A DNA stretch of 64,000 bases from Eledone cirrhosa (GCA_964016885.1 OZ024742.1:336908001-336972000); one strand, 5' to 3'; positions 13,745-28,495 are shown, counted from the stretch's first letter. Numbers and translations: made by a program. The notes: generated by a model not told the origin, from the sequence alone.

Positions 13745-16099
13745 GAGAGCACTATCAGGTGGCTAGGAGAGAAGCTAGGCAACAAGTGTACTTTGCAAGA
13801 AGGGAAGCAGAGGATAGAAAGTTCAAGCATATTCTACAACACAGGGATCAAAACCATGAGGTGTTCAGGATAGCAAGACAATTTGTCAAGGAAAATTGTG
13901 ATATTGTCGAGGAGAAGTGTGTCCGTAATGATGATGGTATACTTGCCCTCAGTGATATTGATACGAAGGTAGCTTGGAAGTGTCACTATGAGAGACTACT
14001 AAATGAGGAGAACGAATAGGATAAAGATAGTCTGCCCCAAATTGATCCAACAGAGGGACCAGCTGTGCAAGTGAACAGTAGTATATTAAGTAAGGCAATC
14101 AAAGATATGAAGACAGGCAAGGCAGCTGGGCCTTCGGAGATAGTCGCTGAAATGTTGGAAGCATCTGGAATGGTGGGACATACTATGGTCACCCGGATAG
14201 TAAACCAAGTAATACAGAATTGGGTCATACCAAATAACTGGCGTAGCAACATCATCGTTAACTGCTACAAGGGCAAAGGAAATGCCCTACATAGAGGAAA
14301 CAATAGAGGCATTAAGTTAGTTGACCAGGTCATGAAGGTCACAGAAAGAGTTATAGCACAACTAATTAGAGACCGAATTGATCTAGATGAAATGCAGTTT
14401 GGGTTTATGCCAAGGAAAAGTACCACGAATGCTCTCTTCCTTGTATGACAACTACAGGAGAAGTACCTAGTTAAAAGTAAACCCCTCTACTTAGCTTTTG
14501 TTGGCTTGAAGAAAGCCTTTGACAGAGTCCCATGCTCTATTATCTGGTGGGCTCTTAGAAAACTAGGTGTAGATGAATGGCTTCTGAGAGCTATAAAAGC
14601 CATGTATAGAGGAACAGCCAGCAAGGTTAGAATTAACAATGCATATAGTGAAGATTTAGCGTAAAAGTAGGTGTTCACCAAGGCTACATGCTTAGCCCCC
14701 TCCTGTTTATTATTGCAGGCTATAACAGAAGCATTTAAGACTGGTTGCCCATGGGAACTTCTATATGCAGATTCTAAGTCTCATAGCTGGATCTATAGCA
14801 GAACTAGAGAACTTCCAAACATGGAAACATAGCCTAGAATCAAAAGGCCTTAAAGTTAACTTATCTAAAACTAAAGTCCTAGTATGTAGAAAGGAAAATA
14901 GGGCACAGGTACCCTCTGGGAAATGGCCATGCTGTGTGTGTAGGAAAGGAGTAGATAGAAATTCCATCCGATGCCCCAAATGCAAAATGTGGGTACATAA
15001 AAGATGTAGTGGGATCACAGGCAAGTTATCTAAGAATGTAAATTTCATATGTGGCCAATGCTCAGGTGCAGTAAGTAGCAACTGCCCACTGGATTCTAGC
15101 TCCTTCAACTGCCCAGATGGTTCTATAGAAATAGTAGGCACTTTCTGTTACCTGGGTGACAAAATCATCAGTGGAGGAGGGTGTTCTGAAAGTACAGTAG
15201 CCAGAGTTAGAATGGGGTGGGAAAGGTTCAGAGAGCTAATATCGCTGTTGGCCACAAAGGGTTTCTCTAAAAATGAAAGGCAGATTGTATGATGCCTGTA
15301 TACGAACAGCAATGCTACATGGCAGTGAGACATGGGCATTGTGTGCAGAGGACCTGCGCAGATAGAAACAAAGCATGCTTGCTCCGAAGGATGTGTAATA
15401 GTAATATACATGAATGGCAAAACGTAAATGAACTAGGTGAGAAATTAGGAATAAGAGGGATCAGATGCAATTTACTTGAGAGATTATGTTGATATGGTCA
15501 TGTGATGCGTATGAAGGACAACGACTGTATAAAAAAGTGCAAGGCAATCAAAGTTGATGGAAGCTACAGAGTAGGTAGACCCAGAACGAGGTGATAAAAA
15601 CTGACCTTGCTCACTTACACCTCTCTAAGACAATGTCACTGGATCGAGATCTTTGGCGCTATGCACTAATACAGAAGACCCAAACTTAAACCTACAGTCA
15701 TTAGGCACCTCTTAACCCAATACACACCCCCTACTCCACCCACACCACCCTTTCTCTGTAAAGCTATGTTGGTACCACAGAACATCCAGTCCACGCTGTA
15801 AAGTGGTCGTGTAGGTGTCATGGCAAAAAGCACCCAGTCCACACTGTAAAATATTTGTGTAGGTGTCACGGCAAAAAGCACCCAGTCCACATGAGAGTGG
15901 TCGTGTAGGAGACACGGTAAAAAGGCTCCCAGTCCACACTATAAATGTGGTTGGCGTTGGGAAGAGCATCCAGCCGTAGAAAACCAGTCAGTGACAGTTC
16001 TATATGAGCGAGACATGGTCACCCGACTAATCTTGCCTCAAGTGGGACAAACTCATTTAACCCATGCTAGCGTGGAAGATGGACGTTAAATGATGATGA
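13745..16099 (+). mobile_element. 5'-truncated RTE LINE (family B) with RT, intact PHD-type finger, 3' UTR containing ~48-bp internal repeats, and (GAT)n tail
   Basis: ORFs 13759-15492 include TGCPWELLYAD and a C4HC3 motif at 14930-15061. Terminus CCCATGCTAGCGTGGAAGATGGACGTTAAATGATGATG. Confidence 0.93.
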
Positions 16100-18185
16100 A
16101 AGTACCACCACTAAGAAACCTATTGATAGTTGTAGGTGACTGGAACAAATGACACTGGCCAACAGTTTAAAGGATGCCTTGTGTACAACACTGGGAAAAA
16201 CCTGCTGCTGCTCACTGAAGTATTATCAATACTCCACAGCTCAACAACAGTGTCCTAATACATGGTCCTGATACTCTCGTAACATTATCTTAACACATGG
16301 TTCTTGAATAATGGAAAAATTGGCAGTGATTGAAGTACAACCTAAATGGTAGTTAGTGGGGATTTTCAGTCTTTCATAGTTGACTATACAATGAAATTAA
16401 CACTGCTAAAACCATACTATTAATCCCTTTATTATCATATTTACAATGAAATATATAGTCCCATGTGTTTAAATTTATTTTATTTACTTTTAAAATAATT
16501 AAGAATTCGGAAAAATTTAACAATACAGCTTCATTTTTCATTATTAATCTGTTTGGGACAGTTGGCTGTGATCTCAATTTCAAACCACAATTAATCTATA
16601 ATTTGGATGCTGTGTTGTGTTACTAAAGATAGTGCAAGGATCACTAGTGTAATATTGATTCTTCATGACCTGTCCACCGACAGAACATTGTTTTGAGACA
16701 AGGTTAAATTGGGGGAAACTAGCAAAACTTTTATTTATGTTGGTGTAAAAACCTTACAAGGAAACGGAACTAGAATAATTTCAGAAAAGGTAAATTGATT
16801 ACTTTTTTAAGAAACTTACTAATTTTCCTTATAACTTACTTATGCCTTTGAAATGTAAACTAAGTGAAAAGTTAGAATACCTAAGAATCATGGATAAGGA
16901 TACACACACAGCATGGAGTACAACATAAGTTAAAATTATAATAGAGGGTGAGAGAGGAGAAGAGAGAAATGAAGTGATAGACAATTGGGCAAAGTGCACA
17001 AAATGCTTTTCCATTTGTACATTTTTAATTCAAAGTTAAGGGTACATCAGTGATTTTAAGGTGTGTGTGTGTGTAAGGGGTTTAGTCCCTTTTGTTGTCA
17101 TTTTCTCGTAGCAGCAAACTTTTTCCTGGGCAGCCATAGGAGAGAGCATTCACTTTGAGTGTAACATTGTAATTACTAGTAACTTCACTTTATTCAATTC
17201 CCAGCTATTTTTTTCTAAGGGACATGATGTGTATGATGTCTTGTGTTACATGTAAACACCTGGCCTTATTAATAATAAAAACAATAGTTCTTTATGTAAA
17301 ATTAATGTAGATATGACTACCACACATTTGTTGCATGAAGTATAAAGTGTAAACACTTTCAACTATTCCTCTGTATACAGAAAAATGTAAGGGATTATGT
17401 TGATCAGAGGATAACTATCCCTATGATTCTATGTACAGAGGAATGTTACTAGAGCAATGCTGTCGTACAGAATATAGAAAATAACTGAAATAATCAATCT
17501 ATTTGGCATGAGATGTTTTGGTGAGGCTATTAAATAATATTTATGCTAGAACACTAAGATTTTCAGGTAAACTTAATGTATCAATTCAAAATGGTAGTTA
17601 TATCTACATTAAATTTACCTTCACATATGCTTCCATTTAACAGAGCCCCTTTCACTACCCTATTCTTAATAAAATACACTGTATCTTGAATTGATTATTG
17701 AAGAATTTGGAGAGATTTACTGAAGTTAATTTCTGTTGTAAAGTTTTAATTTAAATAGAAACGGAGGCAGTTTTAGGTGGGTTGATGCCAAAAGGGTTAA
17801 TAATTTACGTCAAATTGAATTTATTTGCTTTGTTTGTCTAATTATTGCAGTCATTAAGTCAAAGTTAGACCATGATTTCCAGTAGATCTTTGATCAAAGG
17901 TATTCCAACTATAACCATCCAGTCTGCCTACCACTCACCACTTAAACAGAACAGTATAGCTAGGATCAAATAAGTCCTGTTTTGACTGCTATTTCTAGCA
18001 AGTTATATAACTAAATAGCACATATTTTAGCTAGTTAAATCCTTTTGATACCAAATCACCTGAAACTGATCTTGGTTCAAAGATATAAAACTATTTGTTT
18101 TGAAGTGTTAATATCTAAAAAATCTTCCACCCTAATTGTAAGTTATGGTTTAAACACCAGCTTAATAGTGAGAAAGTTAGTTATA

Positions 18186-18389
18186 TTGACCCTTTAACAT
18201 TTAAACCGGCTGTATCCAGCCAGAATTCTCTCACCTCTTTCTGTTAAAACCAGCTGTTCATACTTATGTTAAGGTAATGTTCTCAAAATAAATATCAAAA
18301 TCTGATAGATTCAATATTAAGTGAGGTAAAGTGTTTACCATGAAAATACAATAGTATAATATAGAGTAGTGTAAATGCTAAAGGGTTAA
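18186..18389. mobile_element. TTAA-type (piggyBac-like) MITE family 1, nested in a family-2 MITE (about 18035-18460)
   Basis: TTGA CCCTTTAACATTTA ... TAAATGCTAAAGGG TTAA. Homologous copies in the opposite orientation at 20964-21175 and 25572-25804. Confidence 0.75.
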
Positions 18390-20963
18390 TCAAATCCCTC
18401 CAAAGTCTTGAATATTTTTCCAAATTATTTGAAAATCAGTGTCTTTCATTAGAAATATGGAGTTGAATATGGAGTTGACTATGTAGCAGCTCTCTTACTT
18501 CACTCCACAAGTTAGTTTTCAGACATGAAGGTGTAATTAGTAGGAAATATATTTAGCATAGAATTATTATTATATTGCATGTCTTCTGTTAGCTGATCAG
18601 GTGGGTTATGACTGGGAAATAGGAAGTAAGGGAGGTAATCAGGGAAGAACTAGTAACAGATAAATTAGAATTCCACTTTTCTATAATAGCTGGTGAATAA
18701 GATTTATCTATAGTTGTATATATTCATTTTAGTGTAGAAGAAAATAAGTTCAAGGAATATTTGTTGAAAGAACATTAAGAAGGTTCTTGGGAATGAATTA
18801 AAGCCTTATATATGAGGGGGTGCACACGCGCACACACATATATACATATTGTACACACACACATGTCCAATCAGTGCAAGCATGGAAAAACAGGGGTAAA
18901 ATGATAGTGTGTGTGGGGGGGGGGGGGGGGGGGGGGGGTTTAGCTATCAAGTCCGTTTATCAGAGGCACATGATAGACATGCACATGTGGGTGATTCGAT
19001 GAGTGCACACTGTGTTAAGATATTTGAAGATATATATATATATCACTTTACCTTTTACTTTTGTTATTGAGGTTTCTCTGTTATATTCTACAATTAAATT
19101 TAATATAAACTGTTTTAAAATAGCCAAAAATTCGGAGGAGAACATAAAAATTCACGTAACAATGCCCAATGATGCACGACAAATGTTTGTCTAGTGCAAG
19201 TTCCCCTGACATTTGTATAAGAAAGGAAAATACAATAAAACAATACAATAAAATACAACTTGCTTATACAGGTTTCAGGTTTATATATGATTAGACTGTC
19301 TATTTTATGTTGTTCATATTTATTTATTTTATTTTTGTATAGGCCTGAGGTTGATGAGGGCTCAATGGTCTGAAAATTTGGGGGGTCCTTCATCTAAGGA
19401 AATCTCAGATTATCACTAATGTAATGTGATAACATTTAACATCGATATTTGTAATTTGATATAAATGAGTGGTTTCAGGAGTGTGTAGGTAATAAATGTT
19501 AAACATTTGATAAATAGTTTTGACAGAGTTGATAATTCAAACCATAGTCTGAATAAGAATTTCTTACTTTATAACAGTGTTTTTTAACCCTTTTGCTTCA
19601 TGACCCACCATGACACCACAAAATAATTTGATGTCCTAATCCCAACAAAACATGTTCTGTGTTATATTCAAATTGCATCCACAATCATAGTTCACTGCTT
19701 TGTAGTCTGTTTTAAAAAAAATTGATACCAAACTTGTTGAATCTGCCCCTGGTTCTATGATACATTCGCACTTAGTGATTGGTGATAAAAAGGGCAACCA
19801 AAACAACCCTACCAAAATTATAGAAAGTACAACATATATGATTTACAATTGTGTATGTGCTGAAAAAGACTCATCCAACCCAAGCAAGCATGGGGAAAAA
19901 TGGACACAAAGGGACGAGATGATATTTTAAAGTGTATCTAAAAACCTTTAGATCATAATTTTATCTAAGAACCTTTGTCATGTTTCAAAGACCAGCTTAA
20001 AGAAAACAAGAAAGTTATTTTACTAAATCCCTCTAAAGTTTTGAATATTTTCAACAAATAATTGGCAGAATGCTTCGTTAATAATATGGTTTTAAAAAAA
20101 GAGTTAAATCCATATTTCTATACCATTAGTTTTCCAATATGGTATCTCAAATGTGAACAAATATATTCTTTGTCCATCTGTTAAAACATAGATCAGTAGA
20201 AAAATAATTTATAGATTGGTGTCATGAAAGGCATTTGGCCATAGAATACTGTTCCAAAAAAATCTCAGTCTCAGCCAACAGGAAAAAGTGAAAGTGATGA
20301 TGGTGATGTATGATAGTGATGAAGAAAACATTATTGTCAAATATAGTAAGGTGTACCACCAGAACTCAACATTTATATTAAGAAGTGACCACATGGATCA
20401 AATTATAAATTATTCTATGTAAACATTGTAAGTATTCAACAGGAGAAAACCAGATCATTGACTACTATGACTTGCAGGTGGATGTTACTTCTATCATAAT
20501 ACAATCAAGATTATATTTTTAATGAACTACCATCCTTTTCTTTATGAGTAAAGGCATTATTTCATAAATATGCCCAAGTCATTATAACATGATGGTTTAT
20601 AATTTAAGTACTAGGTCGGTAATTTTATGAAACCTGTTAGGGTGAAACAGAAAAATTGACCTTGGTATGATTTAAAGCAAAGCGCTGTAATAAATACCAC
20701 TGAACATTTATATGTCCAAATTAGTACATAATAAATTGTAGTAATTTCCAATATCAGCATAAGTTATCACTTATAAGAAAGTAATTAATGAACTAATATT
20801 TTATTTATTAAACCTTTTGTTACTATATTTATAATAAAAAATACTGCCTACTAATTTTATATAATTACAATAGAAGGTTTTGTATTGTAAAATAAGGAGC
20901 AGTTACAAACAATTTGAAATCAAAAGGGTTAAAAGATATATGATACAAACTAATGAAAATATT

Positions 20964-21175
20964 TTAAACCTTTTGTATTTACATTACTCTATATATACTA
21001 TTGTATTTTCATGGTAAAGGCTTTATCTCATAATATTGAATCTATAAGATTTTGATATTTATTTTGAGAACAATACCTTAACGTCGGTATGAATGGCAGG
21101 TTACAGCCGGTTTGAATAGAAAGCGGGTGAGAGAGTTCTGGTCGGATACTGCCAGTTTAAATGCCAAAGGGTTAA
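20964..21175. mobile_element. TTAA-type MITE family 1
   Basis: TTAA at both ends, short TIRs, and internal homology to 25572-25804. Confidence 0.75.
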
Positions 21176-21999
21176 TAAATGATCATTGTTTGACTGCAAT
21201 AGCAGATAATCATCCTACATTGATTGCAGCATTCAAAATCAATAATGTCCAATGGTTGACTGATTAGCCTGGGCCTTAAATAAGATTTGTATCCTTAAAT
21301 AGAATTTGAACTTAGGATAAAAAGTACCAGAATAGATGCAATAAGGCATCCCATCTAACACTAACAATTCAACCAACTTGTTACACTGTGGCTATGCTGA
21401 GGTACCACCTTGATGCCCCAGTAATTTTTTTTTTATTATTTTTTTTTTTAAATCTAGTACTTAGTTCATTAACCTCTTTTATTTTTCATCCTCTAAAACC
21501 CGGTCCACCTTGTTAAGTGGTAGTGTTGGCACCACAATCAAATGCTCCTAGTCTATGCATTAGCAAGTATATCTAGTTATTGGTTGAATATCAACCATTT
21601 CACGGAAAGTACAGTATATAAAAATATACTTACTATAAACAAAATTGCTTCGACAAATGTCCTGTATATGTAATATCATGCAGAAAGACTAAAGTGCAGT
21701 TAACAACAGACAAACTTTCCTTCAAATAAATAATGACTGTGTTTAGATTGTAGGACTAGTCTAGTTACTTCACTGAATCAGGAATTTACACTATAATATT
21801 TATGATATTACCATCATGTTTACATCAACTTTTTCATGCTGGCATTGGCTAGATAACTTTTTTTTAAAACAGACATCTAAAGTTGGATGCCCTTCCAAAC
21901 ACTAATCTTAATCATCGAGTTGCAGAATTGCTTCTCATAAAGGACATGTTTCACTTAAATTATTGAAGGTTACTCATATTAGGTTCTTGGCAGAGCTGT

Positions 22000-23690
22000 T
22001 CCTCCAGAGAATGAGTCGCAGATCTGGCCAACAAATATGATGGTTAGTTGCTTCTACCAAACCAATAAGCAACCCTGCACCAACAGTGGTAAACTATTAG
22101 AGGAGATAGAATGAGTGACATTGTTAGCTCCTAAGAAAACTCTCACAACCCAGTGATGTCATTACAACAAAGCAAGTAATGGCTGCCTCTAAAAACGCCT
22201 AGTCTTTGCAGGTCTAAGAAAATTACCAAATTGGTGACTGGCATGAATAAGACCACCAAAAAGTAGTAGTAAGGTTAGGTGCAATAAAAGCATTCATACT
22301 GTTTTGTCCTTTGCACAGGGTAACAAGGGATGTGTTGAGGCTTTAAATAGAGAGATCTGTTCGAAAAATATATTGTAGTCTCTATCCAACACTGTGAGAA
22401 CTGGTGATGGGCCTGTGCTCTACTCTGGAGCCGTGGGATGGACGCACAAAGGTCATGTAGCCAAAGACCCCAAAGAGGGTCCAAAGGGAGCAAATCTTAG
22501 CAATTGGAACATTACAATCCTTACAGGTAAGGAGTAGGAATTAGTGGAGGAGGCCAGATGCTACTAGCTAGGTATAGTTGGGGTTTGCTCAACAAATCGC
22601 GGAAGTATTGCCAAGAGGTGGGTGCTTATTTCATAGACCTTGAAAAGACATGACTGCGTTCCATGGGACCTACTGTGGAAGATTTTGCAGGAGTATGGGA
22701 TTGATGGACAGCTTCTTGTTGCCCTGAAGTTTCTATACAAATGCCCAAGTATTTGTGATCGAATAAATGATACTAAATTGAAACCATTTAATGTGGGTCT
22801 CGAACTTCTCCAAGGGTGCATACTATCACTTATCCTGTTCATAGTCTTCATGAACAGGAATGACATATGCAGCTGGATTGAAGTGATATTCAGGATTGGC
22901 AAAGGTAGGATCTGTTGGTTGGAATTTGCAGACGCCATGGTACTACTTAACTCATCAGAATGTCATCTCTGACATGCACGCAGTAGGTTTGTTGCCAAGT
23001 GCTGCGAAGACTGGGACACCCGTCCTCTCAAGTAAGCATGTGCAGTACACTCTGCATGTGAGTGGAATTCCACTGAAGCAGGTACAGAACTTCAAATATT
23101 TTGGGGCCATATTCACAAGTGATGGAAGGCATGTAATTGAATTAAGTGCAAGAATTACAGGAGCAGGTGCAGTAATGTGCCAGCTTCAGCATTCGATCAT
23201 CAAAAGAAGATAGGTAGGTGTAAAAGCTAAACATACTATCTTCAATTTAGTATTCATGCCAACCCTTACTTATGGTAAAGAATACAATCTTGAATACAAG
23301 CAGTCGAAATGGGGTTGCTCTGAAGGGCCTTTGGAGTAACATTACTCAACAGAGTGCATAGTTCAGAGATCAAAGAATTGACCCAGTTAGAGCTGCTATT
23401 TCTTCAAATTGAGAGATCACAGCTCTGATACTATGGACATACAATCAGAATGTCTCAGGAAAGAATCGCTGGACATATTTTACATGCAAAACGAATGGGG
23501 AGTAGACCCCAAGCAGGATGGTTGATAACATCCATGAGCTCAGGTAGTTTCACTTGGGGATCCAGTTGGATCACCTGGAGATAGTTGCTTCTGACAGAAC
23601 CTCCTGGAAGGCATGCTTGGGGACTGTCCCATGGTTTTCCCAGTGAAGAGGAGGAGAATGAGAAGAAAGAGAAGAAAAAAGGAGGAGGGG
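22000..23690 (+). mobile_element. Decayed RTE-type LINE (family C); related pieces at 10985-11270 (+), 32110-33105 (+), 35140-35935 (-)
   Basis: HDCVPWDLLWKILQEYGIDGQLL, QGCILSLILF, LEFADAMVLL, FKYFGAIFTSDG. Confidence 0.8.
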
Positions 23691-24020
23691 AGGAAGTAGG
23701 AGGGAGTTCCAGATAGCTGTCATTCTGGACAGGAAGAATTGGATGTAGTAGTTAGTGTGGGGCTTAGGAGATTGGACAGAATATAAGTGATGGGCAGAAG
23801 AGAGACAAAGGAATTGAGACTGCCAGCTGCCAGAGTGGAGGTGGTATGAATCTAGCAAACTCAAAGGAGCAGAGACCATTGTAATAATAGCAGAATGGAC
23901 TGAGGAAGATGACACCACATCTATGGGCCAGAGACTGGAGAGTGCCTGTGAGGAGTAGAGACCATTGTAATAACAGTAGAATAGGAAGGTGACACCACAT
24001 CTGTGGGCCAGAGATTGCAT
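23690..24020 (-). mobile_element. CR1/L2-group LINE 3' fragment with an ~80-bp internal tandem duplication
   Basis: LQSLAHR.GV.FL..YYYNGLCS.E....FFLSRMTAIWNSL, a typical C-terminal motif. Confidence 0.65.
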
Positions 24021-24289
24021 AGTGCCATAAAAACTAGAGATTATGTTAGGCTTGTGATCATAAGGTCATGGGTTAGATCTCCAGGCTGTGGTGGCATGTT
24101 GTACCATGTACTTTCAATCATTTAACACCTATAAAACCAAGATAAATTCTGGGTTTCATCCAACCCTTGCAAATATGGAAACATAAAATAACTAACATTA
24201 CGTATTTTCATGAAAATTGCTTAGATCTTCTTGGGCAGGGACCAGGAAACATGGGGTAATAATTACCTAATTATTGATTCAGTAGTTAA

Positions 24290-25370
24290 GCTGGTTCATA
24301 CCCAATGACTGGTGCAGCAGTATTGTAAATTGCTGCAAGGGCACAGATGTACTAGAAAGGTGTAACAACTGAGGCATCAAATTGACAACAGGGAATAAAA
24401 GTTACTGAAAGGGTTATAGCACAACAAATTGGAAACAATCAAGGTGAATGAGATGCAGTTTAGCTATGTGCCAGGTAGGGATACTGCTGGTGCCATCTTC
24501 CTTGTAAAACAACTACAGGGTCCTCAACTCAATAATTTTGTGGGTACTAAGGAAGCTAGGTGTAGTTAAATGGCTTGTGAGAAACATACAAACCATGTAC
24601 AAAAGTGCAACAAGCAAGATGTGAGATGGCAATGAGTACAGTGATGAATTTGAAATTGGGGGTCCACCAGGACACAATCTACTTCTGTTATCCTTGTTCT
24701 TCAGCCATAACAGGCGTTTAAGAGTGACATTTCTTGAGGACAACTGTATGCTGTGATCTAGTCCTTATATCTGAATTTGTGAAAGAGTTAGAGGGAAAAT
24801 TCCAGTCATGGAATAACAGAAACTAGGATCCAAATTCCTAAAAGTAAACTTAACGAAGACTAACATCTTAATAAGGGACAGATAGTTGATAATATCAAGG
24901 AAAGGGCTTTGCTCAATGATGTGTTGAAAAGGGGTGGGCAGAAATCTCATAAAATGCACACAGTGTAATCTATGGATGCAAAAGAGATGTAGTAGGATGA
25001 TTGGTAGGTTAATGGAGAAGATAATCTTTGTACAGGAGAATTGAGCACCAAGAGAATATGTGAAAAAGATTCCCTCAACTGCCAAGAGGCTCTCAAGGCG
25101 TTGTTGGCAGTTGTTACCTAGGTGATCTAATACTCTGAAAGTGTTATAGCTAGAATAAGAATGGGCTGGAAGGAGTTTAGGGAGCTAATACCTCTGCTGG
25201 CAAGAAAGGGTTCTTCTCTCAGAGTGAAGGGTAGCCTGTATAATGCTTACATAGAAACTATAATGCTACATGGCAGTGCGATAAAGGCATTGACTGCTAA
25301 AGTCCTGCTAAGACTAGAAAGAAATGAAAGAATGCTCCAGTGGATATGTAATGAGTACATGAGCAGAGTA
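24290..25370 (+). mobile_element. Heavily decayed RTE LINE
   Basis: NCCKG, MQFSYVPGR, decayed PHD segment and GWKEFRELIPLL...MLHGS. Confidence 0.8.
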
Positions 25371-25571
25371 TGAAATAGTGAGAACTGAATCTGATTGGCG
25401 ACACAGTGCTATTTAAATTCAATAATTTGATCAACATTGGACTGACTTATTATTACCAAAGATGATTGTGACAGATATTTTAGGAATGTGATAAATGTGT
25501 ATAATGAATAAAAGGTTAAACTGATGTTATATGCTTTTGTCGCCGTAGTGTTTATAGTACAGTATGAGGTT

Positions 25572-25804
25572 TTAACTCTTCAGCATTTACATTACTCTAT
25601 ATTTACTATTGTATTTTCACATTACAAGTTTTATCTCTAACATAATTATCTCACATAATATCGAATCTACAAGATTTTGATGTTATTTATTTTGAGAACA
25701 ATACCTTAATGTACCTATATAAGCAGCCAGATACGGCCAGTTTGAACAGAAAGAAGTGGGAGGGTTTGGGCCGGATACAGCTGGTTTAAATGCTAAAGGG
25801 TTAA
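25572..25804. mobile_element. TTAA-type MITE family 1
   Basis: TTAA CTCTTCAGCATTTA ... TAAATGCTAAAGGG TTAA. Confidence 0.78.
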
Positions 25805-26963
25805 AGCATATATATTTACAGTAATGCAGAGTGCGAGAATTCTTTTATACAAAACTTATAATTCTTTACAACACATTAAAATTTTGACATTCTTTTACAA
25901 CTCTGTGAGAAGTAATCACTGTTATCAAAGTCTGTTACATCATTCTTCACAATAATAAAAACAAGTAATGATGAAATTGACGACCATAAATGTGTATAAA
26001 GATATGTAAACAGGTAAATTTATATACAAACATACAATCTTGGTGGTCACCTCTATACTGTGTAAATCTTTAGATATAAATTTATCACATACTTTGGCAT
26101 ATAACTGAATATATATATATATATATAAACAGTAATTTATTATAAATCAGAGCATTATAATACAATTCATACCACCAGAATTATACACAAAAGTTTCTTG
26201 CATGTTTCTCACCATACTTAATCCTAGGTGGGGCTAGCTAGAACATAACTACATCAATAACACCCCATAAGTTTTATAAAGGGTCAAAATCGAAGACTAT
26301 ATATCATCATATATATGATTTTTTACATCGACCTCTCCATGTTGGCATGGGCTGGGTGAGACTTTTTGAGGCAATGTTTAATGGCCGGGTGTACTTCCTG
26401 ACACCAACCCTTTTAGGTGCTGCTTTTGACACACAGGGATAGTGTAAACCAGATACATATGATGTGAAAAACATACCATAATGAATTGGAATTTCTATAA
26501 CTGATAGGGAAAGATGGTAGAAATTTAAGATCAAAGAAGCTGGAAGTATGGTATTCAAAGAAAGCCCCAGTGGTAAACCTATCACTGACTTCGGGTTAAA
26601 CTTTTTGATCCTGAAACTGAATACAAAATTTTATTTGAAAGTGTGAATATTATTCTAAAAGCCTTGAATCATAATTTCACCTAAGAACCTTCAAGTTGTG
26701 TTCTAAATACCAACTTAATTATAAATTAGTCCATCAAATTCTTAATTATTTTCAAAATGATTTGAAAACCATGGGCAGTGTCTTTCATTAGAAATATGGT
26801 AAGGAAAGGGTTAATATGGCTGCCATTACTGAAAAATATATTTAAGTAACTGCTAAATAGAGTACAGGTATAACCCCAATTTTCTGGTACCCTTAGTTCC
26901 AGATTCATATTGGATTATCCGTTTTATTGGACTATATAATAATACATTTGAAAACAGTATGAA

Positions 26964-27709
26964 TGTATGATGCGTGTATCCGAACAGCGATGTTGCATGG
27001 TAGTGAGACCTGGGCGCTGAAGGTGGAAGACCTACGTAGATTAGAGAGAAACGAAGCCTGCATGCTCCGATGGATGTGTAACAGTAATATACGTGAACGA
27101 CAAAGCATAAATGAATTGAGAGAGAGACTGAGCATAAGAGGAATCAAATGCTGCGTGCAGGAGAGGCGGTTACGCTGGTATGGACATGTGATGCGTATGA
27201 AGGATGACAGCTGCATAAAAAGGTGCAGAGCACTAGAAGTTGATGGAAACCGCGGAGTGGGGAGACCCAAGATGACTTGGGATGAGGTGATAAAAGCCGA
27301 CCTTACCCAACTACACCTCTCAAAGTCAATGACACACGACCGTGACTTCTGGCGTCACGCAGTAATACAGGGTACCCGACCTCCCATGGGTACAAGCTGA
27401 AGCATATAAACAATATGCCCCCCCCCCCCCCCCACCGCAAGGTGGTCGTGGAGGTGCCACGGCAAAAAAGCACCCAGCCCACACTGTAAAGTGGACGTGT
27501 AGGCGCCACGAAAAAGCACCCAGCACTCACTGTAAATGAGGTTGGTGTTAGGAAGGGCATCCAGCTGTAGAAATCAAGCCAGATCAGTTCCTGTATGAGC
27601 AAGGCATGGTCAGCCGACCAGACACTGCCCACAACAGGACAACCCGTCTAACCCATGCTAGCGTGGAAGAACGGACGTAAAACGGTGATGATGATGATGA
27701 TGATGATGA
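26964..27709 (+). mobile_element. Young 5'-truncated RTE LINE with probable TATGAA target-site duplication
   Basis: Stop-free ORF 26963..27400 and a pure (GAT)n tail. TATGAA at 26958-26963 and 27710-27715. Confidence 0.9.
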
Positions 27710-28109
27710 TATGAAATTGGATCACCCCCACACACACTATAGTAAATAAGAAGGCAGCCTTGTGGTAACCTCCCAACACAAATAGCCCGATGTGTCACAG
27801 TTGCTAGAAAATTAGTGATGTACTGTATTGATTGTATAGGTTGGTACCAGTAGCCTATTGTATAAAAATGTTATTACATTTAGTTGAGAAATATAAGTTC
27901 CTAGCTTGAATCCACGTACATGAATAAAATACCGGAAACATTTTTCATCCCCGAAGATGAAATTAATCTTTCAACAATTTTGATCATCATCATCATTTAA
28001 CGTCCATCTTCCATGCCAGCATGGGTATGACATTAACAATACCATATCTCAGAAATAAACTGCCTGAAAAAGTATTTATATCTAAAAAATCTTGCGTCAT
28101 AATTTTATA

Positions 28110-28495
28110 AATGATAATAATGAAATTATTGTGTACAGTGCTCAGGTGCACTACAACTTGACAAAGGTGCATGTATAGTACATAGAATATACAAATGTCA
28201 GGGAAGTGAATAGTGTATGAGTCATGATATACATGTGTGCGTGTGTATGGAGGGGGAATATTAGGTGTAGTGTTGGCGAATCTCAGGAAGCATGGAGGTT
28301 TTAAAGGATGCAGTGTCTCGGCAGCTAATAACTGATGCAGGTAGTTTGTTCCATGCTTCAGCAACTCTGAGCGTGAAAAAATGTTTCCGAAAGTCATGAT
28401 AGCTGTGCTGTTTTCTGACTTTGTGGGCATGCCCATGTGTCTAAGACACATGGAAATCAAAAAGGTACTCAGGGTTGTTGTTGGCAAGATGGTTA
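28110..28495 (-). mobile_element. CR1-type LINE 3' fragment inserted in a family-2 MITE
   Basis: The minus strand reads HSYHDFRKHFFTLRVAEAWNKLPASVISCRDTASFK, followed by an (ATT)n-like tail. Confidence 0.75.

Noticed and set aside
15790-15950. Regularly spaced ~48-bp repeats resembling an array
   Set aside because: They are internal repeats of the RTE family-B 3' UTR, also seen at 7660-7740, 27440-27535 and 57690-57800.
16838-16880. Possible poison exon (ttag|...TAA|gtaagt) on the minus strand
   Set aside because: Such sites are common in AT-rich introns and there is no independent support.
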